Shown here in pieces: positions 1 to 9,752 of a stretch of DNA of 64,000 bases. This stretch comes from an uncultured Bacilli bacterium (GTDB lineage Bacteria; Bacillota_I; Bacilli_A; RF39; UBA660). Position numbers and translations under genes: made by a program. Numbering within the stretch: position 1 is the first letter of the stretch; the number at the start of each line of letters is the position of its first letter. The stretch spans positions 7,430 through 71,429 of the forward strand of contig CANROB010000005.1 of the NCBI GenBank assembly GCA_947632115.1. Direction: 5' to 3'. A model generated the notes under the pieces. The model was not told where the DNA came from, did not search any database, and saw only the letters and a list, made by a program, of their open reading frames with translations.

Positions 1-654
1 TTGTTCATTTTCAAAAAGGAAAGAACCTTGTACATCTTCCCAATAAAGAAGTTCTCCTCCCTCTAAATTCTCTTCCTCTTCTTCGTCCTCTTCTCCCTCT
101 TCTAAAATTTCTTGATATTGATTATCAATTTCCTCATAAAGAGAGACAAGCATATCGGCAGCTTCTATATAACTAATATATTTCGATAATTTACATGAAA
201 ATTCATGTGGTTCATCAAGATTGTGATCAAAGCATAATTGTTTAAAATCTTGATTTTGTGTACTATAAACCATGTAATCTATAATAGCTTTCCTTATTTT
301 TGCTTCATTTTTCGCATCACAAAAATAGGCATAAAGGTTTTGTAACGAAAAAGGAATAGTATCTAAATCTTTTAATAATTCGATTTCTACAGAAGAAATT
401 TCAGCAAATGTTCTAACATAGGAAAGATACTCATAACAACTAAGAAGAATTTCTAACATCATATCTTTTTTATAGATTTCCAGTTGCTTTAAAGAAATAT
501 CATACTGAAAACAAAGCGTAACAGATTCTTTTTCCTCTTTCAATAAAAAGCGATAAAATTGTTCACCAATCTGTTCGTCCCCTAAAGAAGCATTCTTATG
601 ATAGAAATATTTTAATATTTTATTTCCTGCCTGAATACGGCTTAACTTATTCAT
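1..654 (-). CDS. Hypothetical protein, runs off the left edge; contains a Glu-rich tract (EEGEEDEEEEENLEEE)
   Basis: ATG at 654 with upstream AGAGG; frame open to position 1 (MNKLSRIQAGNKILKYF...); own TTTACA-17-TATAAT promoter at ~685-713; absent from the ORF track because truncated. Confidence 0.75.
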   Translation of the reverse strand, partial: MNKLSRIQAGNKILKYFYHKNASLGDEQIGEQFYRFLLKEEKESVTLCFQYDISLKQLEIYKKDMMLEILLSCYEYLSYVRTFAEISSVEIELLKDLDTIPFSLQNLYAYFCDAKNEAKIRKAIIDYMVYSTQNQDFKQLCFDHNLDEPHEFSCKLSKYISYIEAADMLVSLYEEIDNQYQEILEEGEEDEEEEENLEGGELLYWEDVQGSFLFENEQ

Positions 655-720
655 CTACAAAACCTCTTTTTTTAAAATATGATTATTATAATATAAAAGA
701 GAAAAAATGTAAATGAAAAC

Positions 721-750
721 AAAAAAAGACAACGTTGACTAGACGTTGTC
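721..750 (-). terminator. Intrinsic terminator closing the candidate ncRNA
   Basis: GACAACGT-7nt-ACGTTGTC hairpin followed by a T7 run on the minus strand. Confidence 0.85.
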
Positions 751-1029
751 CCAGTTTGAATTAGCTTCTTTTTTAGTCTTAAAAGAAACTACTTATCCAG
801 GGTCGCTTTCCCCATATAGCTATATACTTAATAGATGATAAGATCCTTCATCAGGATATCCATATATGTAGTCCTAATTTTTGTTATTCCTACATAAGGT
901 GGGCGTTATGCATTATTATCGTAATACATAATTAGAGATATTTTCTTCTTACTCATTTTGGTGGATGATTCCGAAAAATCATTTTCCTCATTTATAATGG
1001 AGAATATCAATTGCCCCTTCTATTAAGTA
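721..1029 (-). ncRNA. Candidate stand-alone structured non-coding RNA (~300 nt), family unassigned
   Basis: No long ORF; own promoter and terminator; 11-bp long-range helix (1019-1029 with 825-835) plus several nested hairpins including a UUCG tetraloop; three of four non-Watson-Crick positions are G-U on the minus strand. Confidence 0.7.
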
Positions 1030-1034
1030 ATTTA

Positions 1035-1063
1035 AATGTAACACATTTTTCATGTTTTTGCAA
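1035..1063 (-). promoter_or_regulatory. SigA-type promoter for the candidate ncRNA
   Basis: TTGCAA-17 nt-TACATT with extended -10 TG; predicted start ~1028 coincides with the 5' arm of the closing helix. Confidence 0.65.
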
Positions 1064-1102
1064 CACTTTTTGCTAAAAATCAAGAAAAAATAGTAAAGTT
1101 TA

Positions 1103-2923
1103 CTACTTTTCTATGTTCTTTTTACCCTCTAGCTTCTTTCTTTCCGCTGTATTTAATATTTTTTTACGCATTCTAAAGCTCTTAGGAGTAACCTCTACTA
1201 GTTCATCTTCATTAATATAATCAAGACACTCTTCTAGACTCATCACTTTTGGACGTTTTAAAACAACCGTATGATCTTTTGAAGAACTACGCGTATTGGT
1301 AAGGTTTTTGCCTTTGACAACATTAATCGCTAAATCGTTATCATGATTTCCTTCCCCAACAATCATTCCCTCATAAACTTCGGTTCCTGGCTCGATGAAC
1401 ATCACACCACGATCTTCTAATTGACCCAAAGCATAAGCGGTTGCTTTCCCATTTTCAACAGATACTAGTACGCCAAACTTACGATAACCAATTTCAGAAC
1501 TTGCTTCTTTTCGATATTCTTTATAGGTATGGTTCATAATTCCATATCCTTTTGTCATCGTCATGAATTCTGTCATGAATCCAATTAAGCCTCTTGTTGG
1601 TACCGTATAGTGAAGTTTTACTTGACCTTCTTTGGATTCCATATTTTCCATGATTCCTTCACGATTGCCAAGGGCCTCGATAACAGAACCAACATATTCT
1701 TCTGGAACATCAATTTGAACATCTTCATAAGGTTCACAAGTAACACCGTCGATTACCTTTTTAATGATTTGTGGTTTCGATACTTGAAGTTCAAATCCTT
1801 CTCTTCGCATATTTTCAATTAAAATAGAAAGGTGTAATTCTCCTCTTCCGGATACGATAAATGACTCATTATCATTAGGAACGACTTTTAAGGAAACGTC
1901 TCGTTCGGTTTCTTTCATTAGGCGTTCTTCAATTTTTCTTGCTGTTAAAATTTTACCCTCTCTTCCACAAAATGGAGAAGAGTTTACACCAAATGTCATC
2001 TGCAAAGTTGGCTCATCGATATGAAGAATAGGAAGTGCCTCTTCTTTTCCAATATCACAAACCGTTTCTCCAACGGAAATATCAGGTAAACCAGCAATAG
2101 CAATAATATCTCCTGCTTCGGCAGATTCTACTTCAATTCTCTTTAATCCTAAAAAGCCATAGATTTTAGCAACCCGGAATTGTTTGATGGTTCCATCAAT
2201 CCGGACACAACTAACCATTTCATTTACTTTTATTTTTCCTCTTTTAACAAGACCAATACCAATTCTTCCAACAAAGTCGTTATAGTCTAGTAGGGCAGGT
2301 TGAAATTGTAAAGATCCTTCTACATCTACTTTTGGTTCTGGAATATAGTCAATAATCATATCTAAGATTTTTTCCATACCAGGTTCTTGCGTAGAAACAT
2401 CTGGATCTAGGGAAGAGGTTCCTTGAATAGCAGAACAATAAGCAACAGGGAAATCCAAATCCTCGATATCAGCTCCTAAATCGATAAATAAATCCATCAC
2501 TTCATCGACTACTTCTTTTGGACGAGCAGATTCTTTATCAATTTTATTAACGATGACAATCGGTTTTACGCCTGCTTCCATTGCCTTCTTTAAAACAAAT
2601 CGTGTTTGTGGCATGGTTCCTTCATAAGCATCTACAACAAGTAAAACGCCATCTACCATATTCATAATTCGTTCTACTTCACCACCAAAATCAGCATGTC
2701 CTGGAGTATCCAAAATATTAATACGATAATCCTTATAATTAATAGCCGTTGTCTTTGCTAAAATCGTAATTCCACGTTCTCTTTCAATATCATTAGAATC
2801 TAGTGCTCTTTCTTGTACTTCTTCATTTTCACGAAATGTTCCAGAAGATGATAGCAACTTATCTACAAGAGTGGTTTTTCCATGGTCAACATGGGCAATA
2901 ATAGCAATATTTCTCTTTTTCAT
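1103..2923 (-). CDS. typA: Translational GTPase TypA/BipA
   Basis: [36 protein letters not shown] and EVTP C-terminal motifs; 606 aa. Confidence 0.97.
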   Translation of the reverse strand: MKKRNIAIIAHVDHGKTTLVDKLLSSSGTFRENEEVQERALDSNDIERERGITILAKTTAINYKDYRINILDTPGHADFGGEVERIMNMVDGVLLVVDAYEGTMPQTRFVLKKAMEAGVKPIVIVNKIDKESARPKEVVDEVMDLFIDLGADIEDLDFPVAYCSAIQGTSSLDPDVSTQEPGMEKILDMIIDYIPEPKVDVEGSLQFQPALLDYNDFVGRIGIGLVKRGKIKVNEMVSCVRIDGTIKQFRVAKIYGFLGLKRIEVESAEAGDIIAIAGLPDISVGETVCDIGKEEALPILHIDEPTLQMTFGVNSSPFCGREGKILTARKIEERLMKETERDVSLKVVPNDNESFIVSGRGELHLSILIENMRREGFELQVSKPQIIKKVIDGVTCEPYEDVQIDVPEEYVGSVIEALGNREGIMENMESKEGQVKLHYTVPTRGLIGFMTEFMTMTKGYGIMNHTYKEYRKEASSEIGYRKFGVLVSVENGKATAYALGQLEDRGVMFIEPGTEVYEGMIVGEGNHDNDLAINVVKGKNLTNTRSSSKDHTVVLKRPKVMSLEECLDYINEDELVEVTPKSFRMRKKILNTAERKKLEGKKNIEK

Positions 2924-3019
2924 ACACTAACTCCTCTTTTTCACACTTTATGGATTATATCACTAATATTTTATAAAGTAAAGAATTTCTTTTTCACAAA
3001 AAAATAACTAGGTTCCTAG

Positions 3020-3676
3020 TTATTTCCGGTACTGTCTCATAATAGAACGATACTTAGATTTATAATTAGACTTCAGTCTAGAGTAACTATGACTACTTCT
3101 TTGATAAGCAAAAAAATCATACGTTCCCTCTTTTTTAACATTAATACCAATAATAAAATCATAGATATTGTGATTTAAATCTTGATAGACACAAAGGATA
3201 CAGTGTCTCTCAGGAACAATCTCATCATTTTCCTTACTTACTAAAATACAAGTTTGAAAAGATTTTTCCGTATCCTTAGAAATATCAAAAGTAGTAAACC
3301 GTTTTTGATTTAAAGATTCTGATCTTTCTTGTACTCCTAAAACGGGTTTTGCTGTTTTTAAATTATATAATTTAATGTTACTAGCAACCCCATAACCGAT
3401 ATTATTAAGCGTTAAAGAAAGCATAATATTATCGTCATTTTTACTATCTAAAACAGCCTCATTACTATCTTTTTTTAAGAAACGATTTCCCCGAATAATA
3501 AAGTAATAAACGAATCTGTCAATGACATTTATTTTCTTAATTTCCCCTAGGACTAAATAGGGCTTATGTTCCTCCCGATTTTCATTTTTAATACGAATAT
3601 GTCCGGTATAAATAGTTGCAAATACAGGGATTAAAATCGTTGCCATGGTTAGAGCTAAATTCAAATAATCATTCAT
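3020..3676 (-). CDS. Hypothetical protein with N-terminal transmembrane helix and beta-rich domain
   Basis: 218-aa ORF with hydrophobic N-terminus; terminator-like AACTAGG-T-TCCTAGTT downstream. Confidence 0.7.
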   Translation of the reverse strand: MNDYLNLALTMATILIPVFATIYTGHIRIKNENREEHKPYLVLGEIKKINVIDRFVYYFIIRGNRFLKKDSNEAVLDSKNDDNIMLSLTLNNIGYGVASNIKLYNLKTAKPVLGVQERSESLNQKRFTTFDISKDTEKSFQTCILVSKENDEIVPERHCILCVYQDLNHNIYDFIIGINVKKEGTYDFFAYQRSSHSYSRLKSNYKSKYRSIMRQYRK

Positions 3677-3721
3677 ATCATCACACTCTAACGGAATTAT
3701 AACAAACTTTTTTTGTTTTGT

Positions 3722-4429
3722 CTATTCTAGTACATCTAAGGGAATGATATTTTCATTTCCATTAAAAATGGTTAATTTTCCTGTCTCATCTAAAGTAGCA
3801 AGCAAGATATCTTTTTCCTGATATCCTTTATCATGAATTTGTTTTTTTAACCAAGAAACATCTTTGCCAAAGTGACGCAAGTTTTGGGATAATATTCTAC
3901 CATCAATGATAACATTTCCCATTAAATAGTCCCTTGTAACTTTTTGATTCATCACTTTAGGCGTTAAAGGTTGATATTCTGCATAGGGTAAAAAACTAAT
4001 TTCCCCGTTTGCTTCCATCACTCCATACTGAATTTGAGATAGATCAAAATATCCTTTTATCCTCGCTTCTTCTAGTAAGTTATTCATATCTAGTCTAGCC
4101 TTTTTCATATTATTTCTCAATAGTTTGCCATCTTGAATAATAATGGTTGGTACTCCCATAAAAAATCGTCTAAGATGAATACTATGAAGGGCAAGATAAG
4201 AAACAATATAGGCAATAAAGCCAAATATTAAAACCGCTAAAATGCCATCAAATTCTGGAGAATCGAGATTAATCGTCATTTCGGCAGCAAAGTTTCCAAT
4301 CGATATTCCAATCACATAGTCAAATAAACTAAATTGCGAAACTTGTTTTTTTCCTAAGATTTTGGCAACAATAAAAAGAGTCGCTAACGAAATAAATGCA
4401 CGATAAAGAACAGGAAGAAAATTTGCCAT
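3722..4429 (-). CDS. yetF: DUF421/YetF family (spore) membrane protein
   Basis: LGKKQVSQFSLFDYVIGISIG, PTIIIQDGK and EANGEIS motifs; start moved to MANFLP (4429) because of RBS GGTGATG and the promoter. Confidence 0.85.
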   Translation of the reverse strand: MANFLPVLYRAFISLATLFIVAKILGKKQVSQFSLFDYVIGISIGNFAAEMTINLDSPEFDGILAVLIFGFIAYIVSYLALHSIHLRRFFMGVPTIIIQDGKLLRNNMKKARLDMNNLLEEARIKGYFDLSQIQYGVMEANGEISFLPYAEYQPLTPKVMNQKVTRDYLMGNVIIDGRILSQNLRHFGKDVSWLKKQIHDKGYQEKDILLATLDETGKLTIFNGNENIIPLDVLE

Positions 4430-4443
4430 ATCATCACCATTTT

Positions 4444-4472
4444 TAATATGGAGATTATCTATAATTTTATAC
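4444..4472 (-). promoter_or_regulatory. SigG-type forespore promoter
   Basis: GTATA-17 nt-CATATTA directly upstream of the DUF421 gene; matches the B. subtilis SigG consensus GNATA-N17/18-CATNNTA. Confidence 0.65.
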
Positions 4473-4505
4473 AAAAAAACTACTAAATTCTTAGTAGCTT
4501 TTCTT

Positions 4506-4721
4506 TTATTTTTCATTTGTTAGACCATATTTACGGTTGAATTTTTCTACACGACCAGCCTTAGAAGCATTTGTTCCTTCTTTTCCACCTACAAAGAATG
4601 GATGGCATTGGTTGCATACCTCGATATGTAACTCTGGATTTGTAGATTTTACTGTAAAAGTATTTCCACAAGAGCAAGTTACTTTTGTTTCAACGTAATT
4701 TGGATGAATATCTTTTTTCAT
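4506..4721 (-). CDS. rpmE: 50S ribosomal protein L31 (Zn-binding type)
   Basis: [13 protein letters not shown]...[19 protein letters not shown]. Confidence 0.97.
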   Translation of the reverse strand: MKKDIHPNYVETKVTCSCGNTFTVKSTNPELHIEVCNQCHPFFVGGKEGTNASKAGRVEKFNRKYGLTNEK

Positions 4722-4731
4722 AACCTTACGC

Positions 4732-4763
4732 TCCTTCCGCCATGACTAAAATAAGTCATAGAT
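4732..4763 (-). promoter_or_regulatory. Hairpin in rpmE leader, possible L31 autoregulatory leader
   Basis: ATGACT-TATTTT-AGTCAT hairpin immediately 5' of the AAGGAG SD. Confidence 0.35.
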
Positions 4764-4861
4764 AATGAATTCTTTCCTATTGTAGCAAATATTTTTAAGA
4801 ATTGCAACAAAAATAAAGTGGCTTTTTTAGATTTAACAAAAGAGTAGACGAAAATCTACTC

Positions 4862-5503
4862 TTAATCTCTACTATCTCCAAATAATCTTAATAAATCAAG
4901 GAAGATATTAATAAAATCTAAATATAATTCAAATGCTCCATAAATAGCTAACTTATTCTCATCGTCAATTCCATATAAGTTTTTCTTAATAACTTGAACA
5001 TCATAGGCAATATATCCTATAAAGACAACAATACCGATAATACAAAGAATTAAATTGAATGTCTCACTACCAATAAATATATTGATAAGAGAAGCAACTA
5101 AAATAGCGAGTACTCCCATTAATAAATAGATGCCTATTTTTGTAAGATCGATATTTGTAACAAAACCAATAATACCAAATACTAATAAAATTCCTGCTGT
5201 AATGGCAAATACCCAGACAATAGACATGATATCATAAAGAATAAAAATGGACGATAACGTAAGTCCTGTCAAGCCGGAATAAAGAAGATAAAGGATAACC
5301 GAAGTTAAATAATTCATCTTTCGAATTCTAACGGCTAAGACTACAGCAACTACTAATTCTAAAAGCCATACAATGATGTATTTTCCGCCACCAAATAAAT
5401 TGTAAACCATATTTTCATTCGTAGCGACTACATAGGCTACACCAAAGGTTACAGCTAGGCCAACACAAAGCCACATGAATATTTTAGAAAAAACTCTGTT
5501 CAT
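4862..5503 (-). CDS. Bax inhibitor-1/YccA family membrane protein
   Basis: Seven hydrophobic segments; AYDVQ and GAFELYLDFINIFLDLL signature. Confidence 0.92.
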   Translation of the reverse strand: MNRVFSKIFMWLCVGLAVTFGVAYVVATNENMVYNLFGGGKYIIVWLLELVVAVVLAVRIRKMNYLTSVILYLLYSGLTGLTLSSIFILYDIMSIVWVFAITAGILLVFGIIGFVTNIDLTKIGIYLLMGVLAILVASLINIFIGSETFNLILCIIGIVVFIGYIAYDVQVIKKNLYGIDDENKLAIYGAFELYLDFINIFLDLLRLFGDSRD

Positions 5504-5507
5504 AAAT

Positions 5508-5945
5508 TCACCTCGATATTATTATATCATATTTTTTTCCTAATATAGATATTTTTTGATTCATGTACTCGGCCATTTCAGAAGACTCTTTTAAAGGAAT
5601 TAATTTAATTTTTTCTTTACAATATTTACGCATGAGAGAGAATAACTCTTCTAAATCATCTAGTTCTACTAGAAGAGCCTGATAAGTAGTAAGACGAACG
5701 ATTTTATTCAAGTCTATTTGAATGGTACTTGCTTTCACTAAAATGTTTTGAAAGGTTCGATTGCGAACTAACTCATTTTGTTCAATGGCCATACTAATTT
5801 CTGTAATTCTTAAATCCTCTTTGTCATAATAAATGTCACCCTCTTTACTGCCAATTGTAAAGAATAGAGTTTCCTTTTGAAAAGTAACCTGATAAATAAA
5901 GAAAAATAAAATAACTAATGAAATAAGAAAAAGTATTTTTTTCAT
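5508..5945 (-). CDS. Secreted/membrane-anchored hypothetical protein, possibly degenerate SGNH/GDSL fold
   Basis: Signal anchor; FTIGS and ASTIQIDL segments resemble eroded GDSL blocks; no catalytic DxxH. Confidence 0.5.
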   Translation of the reverse strand: MKKILFLISLVILFFFIYQVTFQKETLFFTIGSKEGDIYYDKEDLRITEISMAIEQNELVRNRTFQNILVKASTIQIDLNKIVRLTTYQALLVELDDLEELFSLMRKYCKEKIKLIPLKESSEMAEYMNQKISILGKKYDIIISR

Positions 5946-5980
5946 AAAATCACCAAAAAAAGTAGCTTAACGCTACTTCA

Positions 5981-7234
5981 TTATATTTCTTCAATTTCTA
6001 TTTTAGCACCTACATTGGTTAATTTTTCAATAATGTTTTCATATCCCCTTAAAACATGTTCTACATTATTGATAGTCGTTTTTCCTTCTGCTTTTAAACC
6101 TGCTAAAATGAGGCAAGCTCCCGCTCTTAAATCAGTTGCTTCTACCTCACTTCCAACAAGGGAAGTAGGCCCTTTAACATAAATTTTTTTACCTACAATC
6201 TCAATATCTGCTCCCATGTCCTTTAAATAAGGAACATTTTTAAAACGATTTTCGTAGATAGTCTCTTCTAAAATAGATTCCCCCTTACACTGGGTAAGGA
6301 GGGTTGTTAGTGGCTGTTGTAAGTCTGTTGGAAAACCTGGATAACCTAGAGTTTTAACATCTACTTCTTTTAAATTTTCCCCCTTACTAATCACCACTGC
6401 ATCCTCTTCTTCTTTTATGGAAACGCCCATTTCTTTTAATTTATTAATAAGAGAATCCACATGTTCTGGAATAATATTTTCAATACGTAAATTCTCTCCT
6501 ACTAGTGCTCCTGCTATCATATAAGTTCCTGCCTCTATTCTATCAGGAATGACTTCTGTAAAACAGCTACCTAAGTAATCTACTCCGGTAATATGAATAG
6601 TACTAGTACCTGCTCCTGTTATTTTCGCTCCCATATTATTTAGGAAGGTTGCGACATTAACAATCTCTGGTTCTTTAGCAGCGTTTTCAATAATAGTTGT
6701 TCCTTTCGCTTTAACCGCTACTAAAATGGTATTTACAGTAGCCCCTACACTAGGCATATCTAGATAAACTTCTGCACCTTTTAATTCTTCCGCATCAATG
6801 ATATATTTATTTCCTTCTTCTTTAACAACTGCTCCCAAAGCACGATATCCTTTTAATGTCTGGTCAATTGGTCTAGCACCGATAGAACACCCACCTGGGA
6901 AGTACATCTCTACATGTTTATATTTACCAAGTAAAGAGGACATGAAATAGTAAGAAGCTCGTAACTTTTTAGAAATTTCTTCTGGAATCTCTTTATTGAC
7001 AATACTAGAAGAATCTATTTCCATAATGGTTCCCTTTCTGGATACTTTTGCCCCTAAATATTTTAAAATTTCATTTAAAGCATCAATATCAGAAATATTG
7101 GGAATGTTATCTATTTTTACTATTTCATCAGATAATAAAGAAGCTGGTACTAAAGCAACCGCACTGTTTTTAGCACCACTAATGCGAATAGTTCCTGTAA
7201 GAGGACATCCTCCTTCTATTCGTATTCTTTTCAT
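5981..7234 (-). CDS. murA: UDP-N-acetylglucosamine 1-carboxyvinyltransferase
   Basis: GAKNSA, PGGCSIGARP, YPGFPTDLQ, DLRAGA; start at MKRIRI with GGAGG RBS. Confidence 0.96.
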   Translation of the reverse strand: MKRIRIEGGCPLTGTIRISGAKNSAVALVPASLLSDEIVKIDNIPNISDIDALNEILKYLGAKVSRKGTIMEIDSSSIVNKEIPEEISKKLRASYYFMSSLLGKYKHVEMYFPGGCSIGARPIDQTLKGYRALGAVVKEEGNKYIIDAEELKGAEVYLDMPSVGATVNTILVAVKAKGTTIIENAAKEPEIVNVATFLNNMGAKITGAGTSTIHITGVDYLGSCFTEVIPDRIEAGTYMIAGALVGENLRIENIIPEHVDSLINKLKEMGVSIKEEEDAVVISKGENLKEVDVKTLGYPGFPTDLQQPLTTLLTQCKGESILEETIYENRFKNVPYLKDMGADIEIVGKKIYVKGPTSLVGSEVEATDLRAGACLILAGLKAEGKTTINNVEHVLRGYENIIEKLTNVGAKIEIEEI

Positions 7235-7280
7235 TCTAACCTCCAATATTACTATATGTCAATTACCTAGATGTGTTCAT

Positions 7281-8132
7281 CTAAGCCCTATCTTTTGAAC
7301 CTAGCAATTCTACTTTTGCTTCAATGGCTTCTTTGATATTTGCTTCTCCCGCTTTAATTACTTTTCTAGGATCATAGACCTCGGCATCACTACTTAATTT
7401 TTCTCTCACCCCTTTTGTCCAAGCTTGTTGTAATTCTGTGTTGATATTTAACTTACAAATTCCACAAGAAATAGCTTGTCTTATTTGTTCATCATAAATG
7501 CCACTTCCTCCATGAAGTACAAGTGGTAAATTGGTCTTTTCTTTAATTTCTTCCATTCTGTCAAAAGCAAGAACGGGATCTCCATGATATGGTCCATGGA
7601 CACTACCTAAAGCTGGCGCTAAAAAGTCTATTCCTGTACTAGCAACATACTCTACACAGTCAGATACCTCCGCATAAAGAATTCCACCTACAACGCCATC
7701 TTCTTGGCCACCAACGTGTCCGATTTCTCCTTCTACGGTAACCCCTCTTGCATGAGCATATTCTACCACTTTTTTAGATACCTCTATATTCTTCTCTAAG
7801 GTTTCTTTAGAAGCATCAATCATAACAGAAGTAAATCCAGCATCTATCGCATCTACACAAGACTCATAACTACTTGCATGATCTAAGTGAATCGCAACAG
7901 GAATCGTAATGGATAAATATTCCATTAAGTTTTTAACCATGGAAACAACGGTTTTATATCCACCCATATATTTGCCAGCGCCCTCGCTAACACCTAAAAT
8001 AACAGGCGTTTTTAACTCTTCACACTTCTCTAGAATAAAGCGTGTCCACTCTAGATTATTGATGTTAAATTGAGCTACTGCATATTTATTTGCTTTCGCA
8101 TCCAAAAGCATTCTACTCATGTTTTCTAACAT
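7281..8132 (-). CDS. fba: Fructose-1,6-bisphosphate aldolase class II
   Basis: FNINNLEW, HLDH, VEGEIG, GSVHG, LVLHGGSG, NINTE. Confidence 0.96.
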   Translation of the reverse strand: MLENMSRMLLDAKANKYAVAQFNINNLEWTRFILEKCEELKTPVILGVSEGAGKYMGGYKTVVSMVKNLMEYLSITIPVAIHLDHASSYESCVDAIDAGFTSVMIDASKETLEKNIEVSKKVVEYAHARGVTVEGEIGHVGGQEDGVVGGILYAEVSDCVEYVASTGIDFLAPALGSVHGPYHGDPVLAFDRMEEIKEKTNLPLVLHGGSGIYDEQIRQAISCGICKLNINTELQQAWTKGVREKLSSDAEVYDPRKVIKAGEANIKEAIEAKVELLGSKDRA

Positions 8133-8200
8133 ATTATCACCTAACTACAGTATAGTATTTCTCCTATAGGATTGCAATAAAATAAAAGAAGATACTAAGA

Positions 8201-8224
8201 AAACTGTCAAATATTTGACAGTTT
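8201..8224. repeat. Perfect 24-bp palindrome (terminator of mntP or operator upstream of fba)
   Basis: AAACTGTCAAAT|ATTTGACAGTTT. Confidence 0.6.
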
Positions 8225-8741
8225 AAAGATGCAAAAAAGCTAAAAGGAAGAAGAAAAATGCTCCCATAACAACTGCTATTTTTCCGAGTAAATCACGAAT
8301 CTTACTTCCTAACTTTAATCCTAAAAGCGTAAAAGAGGCACTAAAGATAGCAAAACTAATGGGCGCTATAAGCGTAAAATGAAAAAGGGCAATGCCTACT
8401 GTAAAACTATCGATACTAACCGCAAAACTAAAAAGCATTTGTTCTTTAAAAGAGGAAAGTGGGGTTACTTTTCTTTCTTCTCTTACTTCTAAAAGAAGCA
8501 TAATTCCTAAGTAAATATAGATTAAAAAGGTAATAAAATGGAAAGGTATAGATGAATAGTTTACCAAAAGGCGCTTGACACTCATTCCTAGTAATGGCAT
8601 AACAAAATGAAAAATTCCAACCATGAGGGAAATCCTTTGACACAACCTTTTTTCCATATTTAAAGTGCCATAAGCAAGAGCCAAAGAAAAGGCATCCATC
8701 GAAAGAGAAATAGATAGAAGGATTATGGTAATCATTTCCAT
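8223..8741 (-). CDS. mntP: MntP/YtaF family manganese efflux membrane protein
   Basis: SLSMDAFS and AVSIDSFTVG motifs; near spoIIR like B. subtilis ywlD. Confidence 0.8.
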   Translation of the reverse strand: MEMITIILLSISLSMDAFSLALAYGTLNMEKRLCQRISLMVGIFHFVMPLLGMSVKRLLVNYSSIPFHFITFLIYIYLGIMLLLEVREERKVTPLSSFKEQMLFSFAVSIDSFTVGIALFHFTLIAPISFAIFSASFTLLGLKLGSKIRDLLGKIAVVMGAFFFFLLAFLHL

Positions 8742-8784
8742 AAAATCACCTATATCATTTTACTAACTTGGATACCTTTTTATA

Positions 8785-9291
8785 CTAAAAATATTTTTGA
8801 ATCAAATCGACAACAAGAGAACGATATTCTACCTCATCGGTTTCCTCATCGATTAAGCAAAGGGGTGGGAATAATACGCACCACCAGTTTTTTCCAGATC
8901 CTTTCCCTAAGGTTACAACTAGTGATTCATAATATCCCTCTTCATAAAGAATTCCCTTATATTCTTTTTCAGGAAAATAATTTTTTCCATATTGAATCGT
9001 AAAATTATCGTTTCCTTGAATAGAAGAGACAATCTTAGATGCTTCTGGAATACTTTTTTCAATTACATCTCTTGCCGAATCAACGCCCTTAACATCTTTT
9101 AAAAGTTGATAATAATACTGCTCTAAGTCGGACTTAATTTCTTTTTTGATTGTTTGATCATTTGCTTGATTACTATTTCCAATGACCCGAATACGAATGG
9201 CTTCTTTAGGGATTACCTGATAATCCGTCGTAATTTTACCAATCATGAGATAAACAATCCCAATTCCTACTAGAACAAGTACTTTTTTCAT
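8785..9291 (-). CDS. spoIIR: Stage II sporulation protein R
   Basis: IRIRVIGNSN..DQ..K, FPEKEY, YESLVVTLGKGSGKNWWCVLFPPLC. Confidence 0.93.
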   Translation of the reverse strand: MKKVLVLVGIGIVYLMIGKITTDYQVIPKEAIRIRVIGNSNQANDQTIKKEIKSDLEQYYYQLLKDVKGVDSARDVIEKSIPEASKIVSSIQGNDNFTIQYGKNYFPEKEYKGILYEEGYYESLVVTLGKGSGKNWWCVLFPPLCLIDEETDEVEYRSLVVDLIQKYF

Positions 9292-9329
9292 ATCCTCACC
9301 TACTCTATATTGAGTAGATTTTTTTCATT

Positions 9330-9740
9330 TTATTCAAAAAACAATGCAAGAATAGGAAGAAAGAAACTGATAATAAGATTACAAATAAAACTAATCGTGG
9401 CAGCAATTCCCATCGCTTTTGCTGTTTTCGGTTTTGTACTAGACCAAATTCCACAGAAAATCCATCCTACTATGGGAATCAATACCGCTAAAATAACCCA
9501 ACCAACTCCCACATTTTGTTCTACAACTGGCTGCTGATAATATCCATAATAAGGTTGCTGGTAATTTGGATTGCTATAATTCATAGGCTGTTGATAGTTT
9601 GGTTGATTATAATTTGGGGGCTGTGTATAACTTTGTACATTCATCTCTTCGATATGGTCTTGATAAGGCATCCCACAATTTGCGCAGACCCTATGTTCAT
9701 CTTTCATTTCATAACCACAATTGGGACAATATTTTGCCAT
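9330..9740 (-). CDS. Zinc-ribbon membrane protein with Gln/Pro/Asn/Tyr-rich linker
   Basis: CPNCG...CANCG, NYQQP repeats, two C-terminal transmembrane helices. Confidence 0.8.
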   Translation of the reverse strand: MAKYCPNCGYEMKDEHRVCANCGMPYQDHIEEMNVQSYTQPPNYNQPNYQQPMNYSNPNYQQPYYGYYQQPVVEQNVGVGWVILAVLIPIVGWIFCGIWSSTKPKTAKAMGIAATISFICNLIISFFLPILALFFE

Positions 9741-9752
9741 AAAATCCTCCTT

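Noticed and set aside
721-1029. tmRNA, RNase P, hammerhead or lysine riboswitch identity for the structured RNA (GGGGC near the 5' end, internal UCCACCA, mini-ORF MSKKKISLIMYYDNNA, CUGAUGA, GAGGAAA)
   Set aside because: No T-arm/acceptor stem at the 3' end; no GAGGAAAGUCC or P4 partner; CUGAUGA sits in a simple hairpin without hammerhead stems; lysine aptamer core motifs (GCCGAA, ACUGUC, GGAGCGCU) absent; the mini-ORF has no SD
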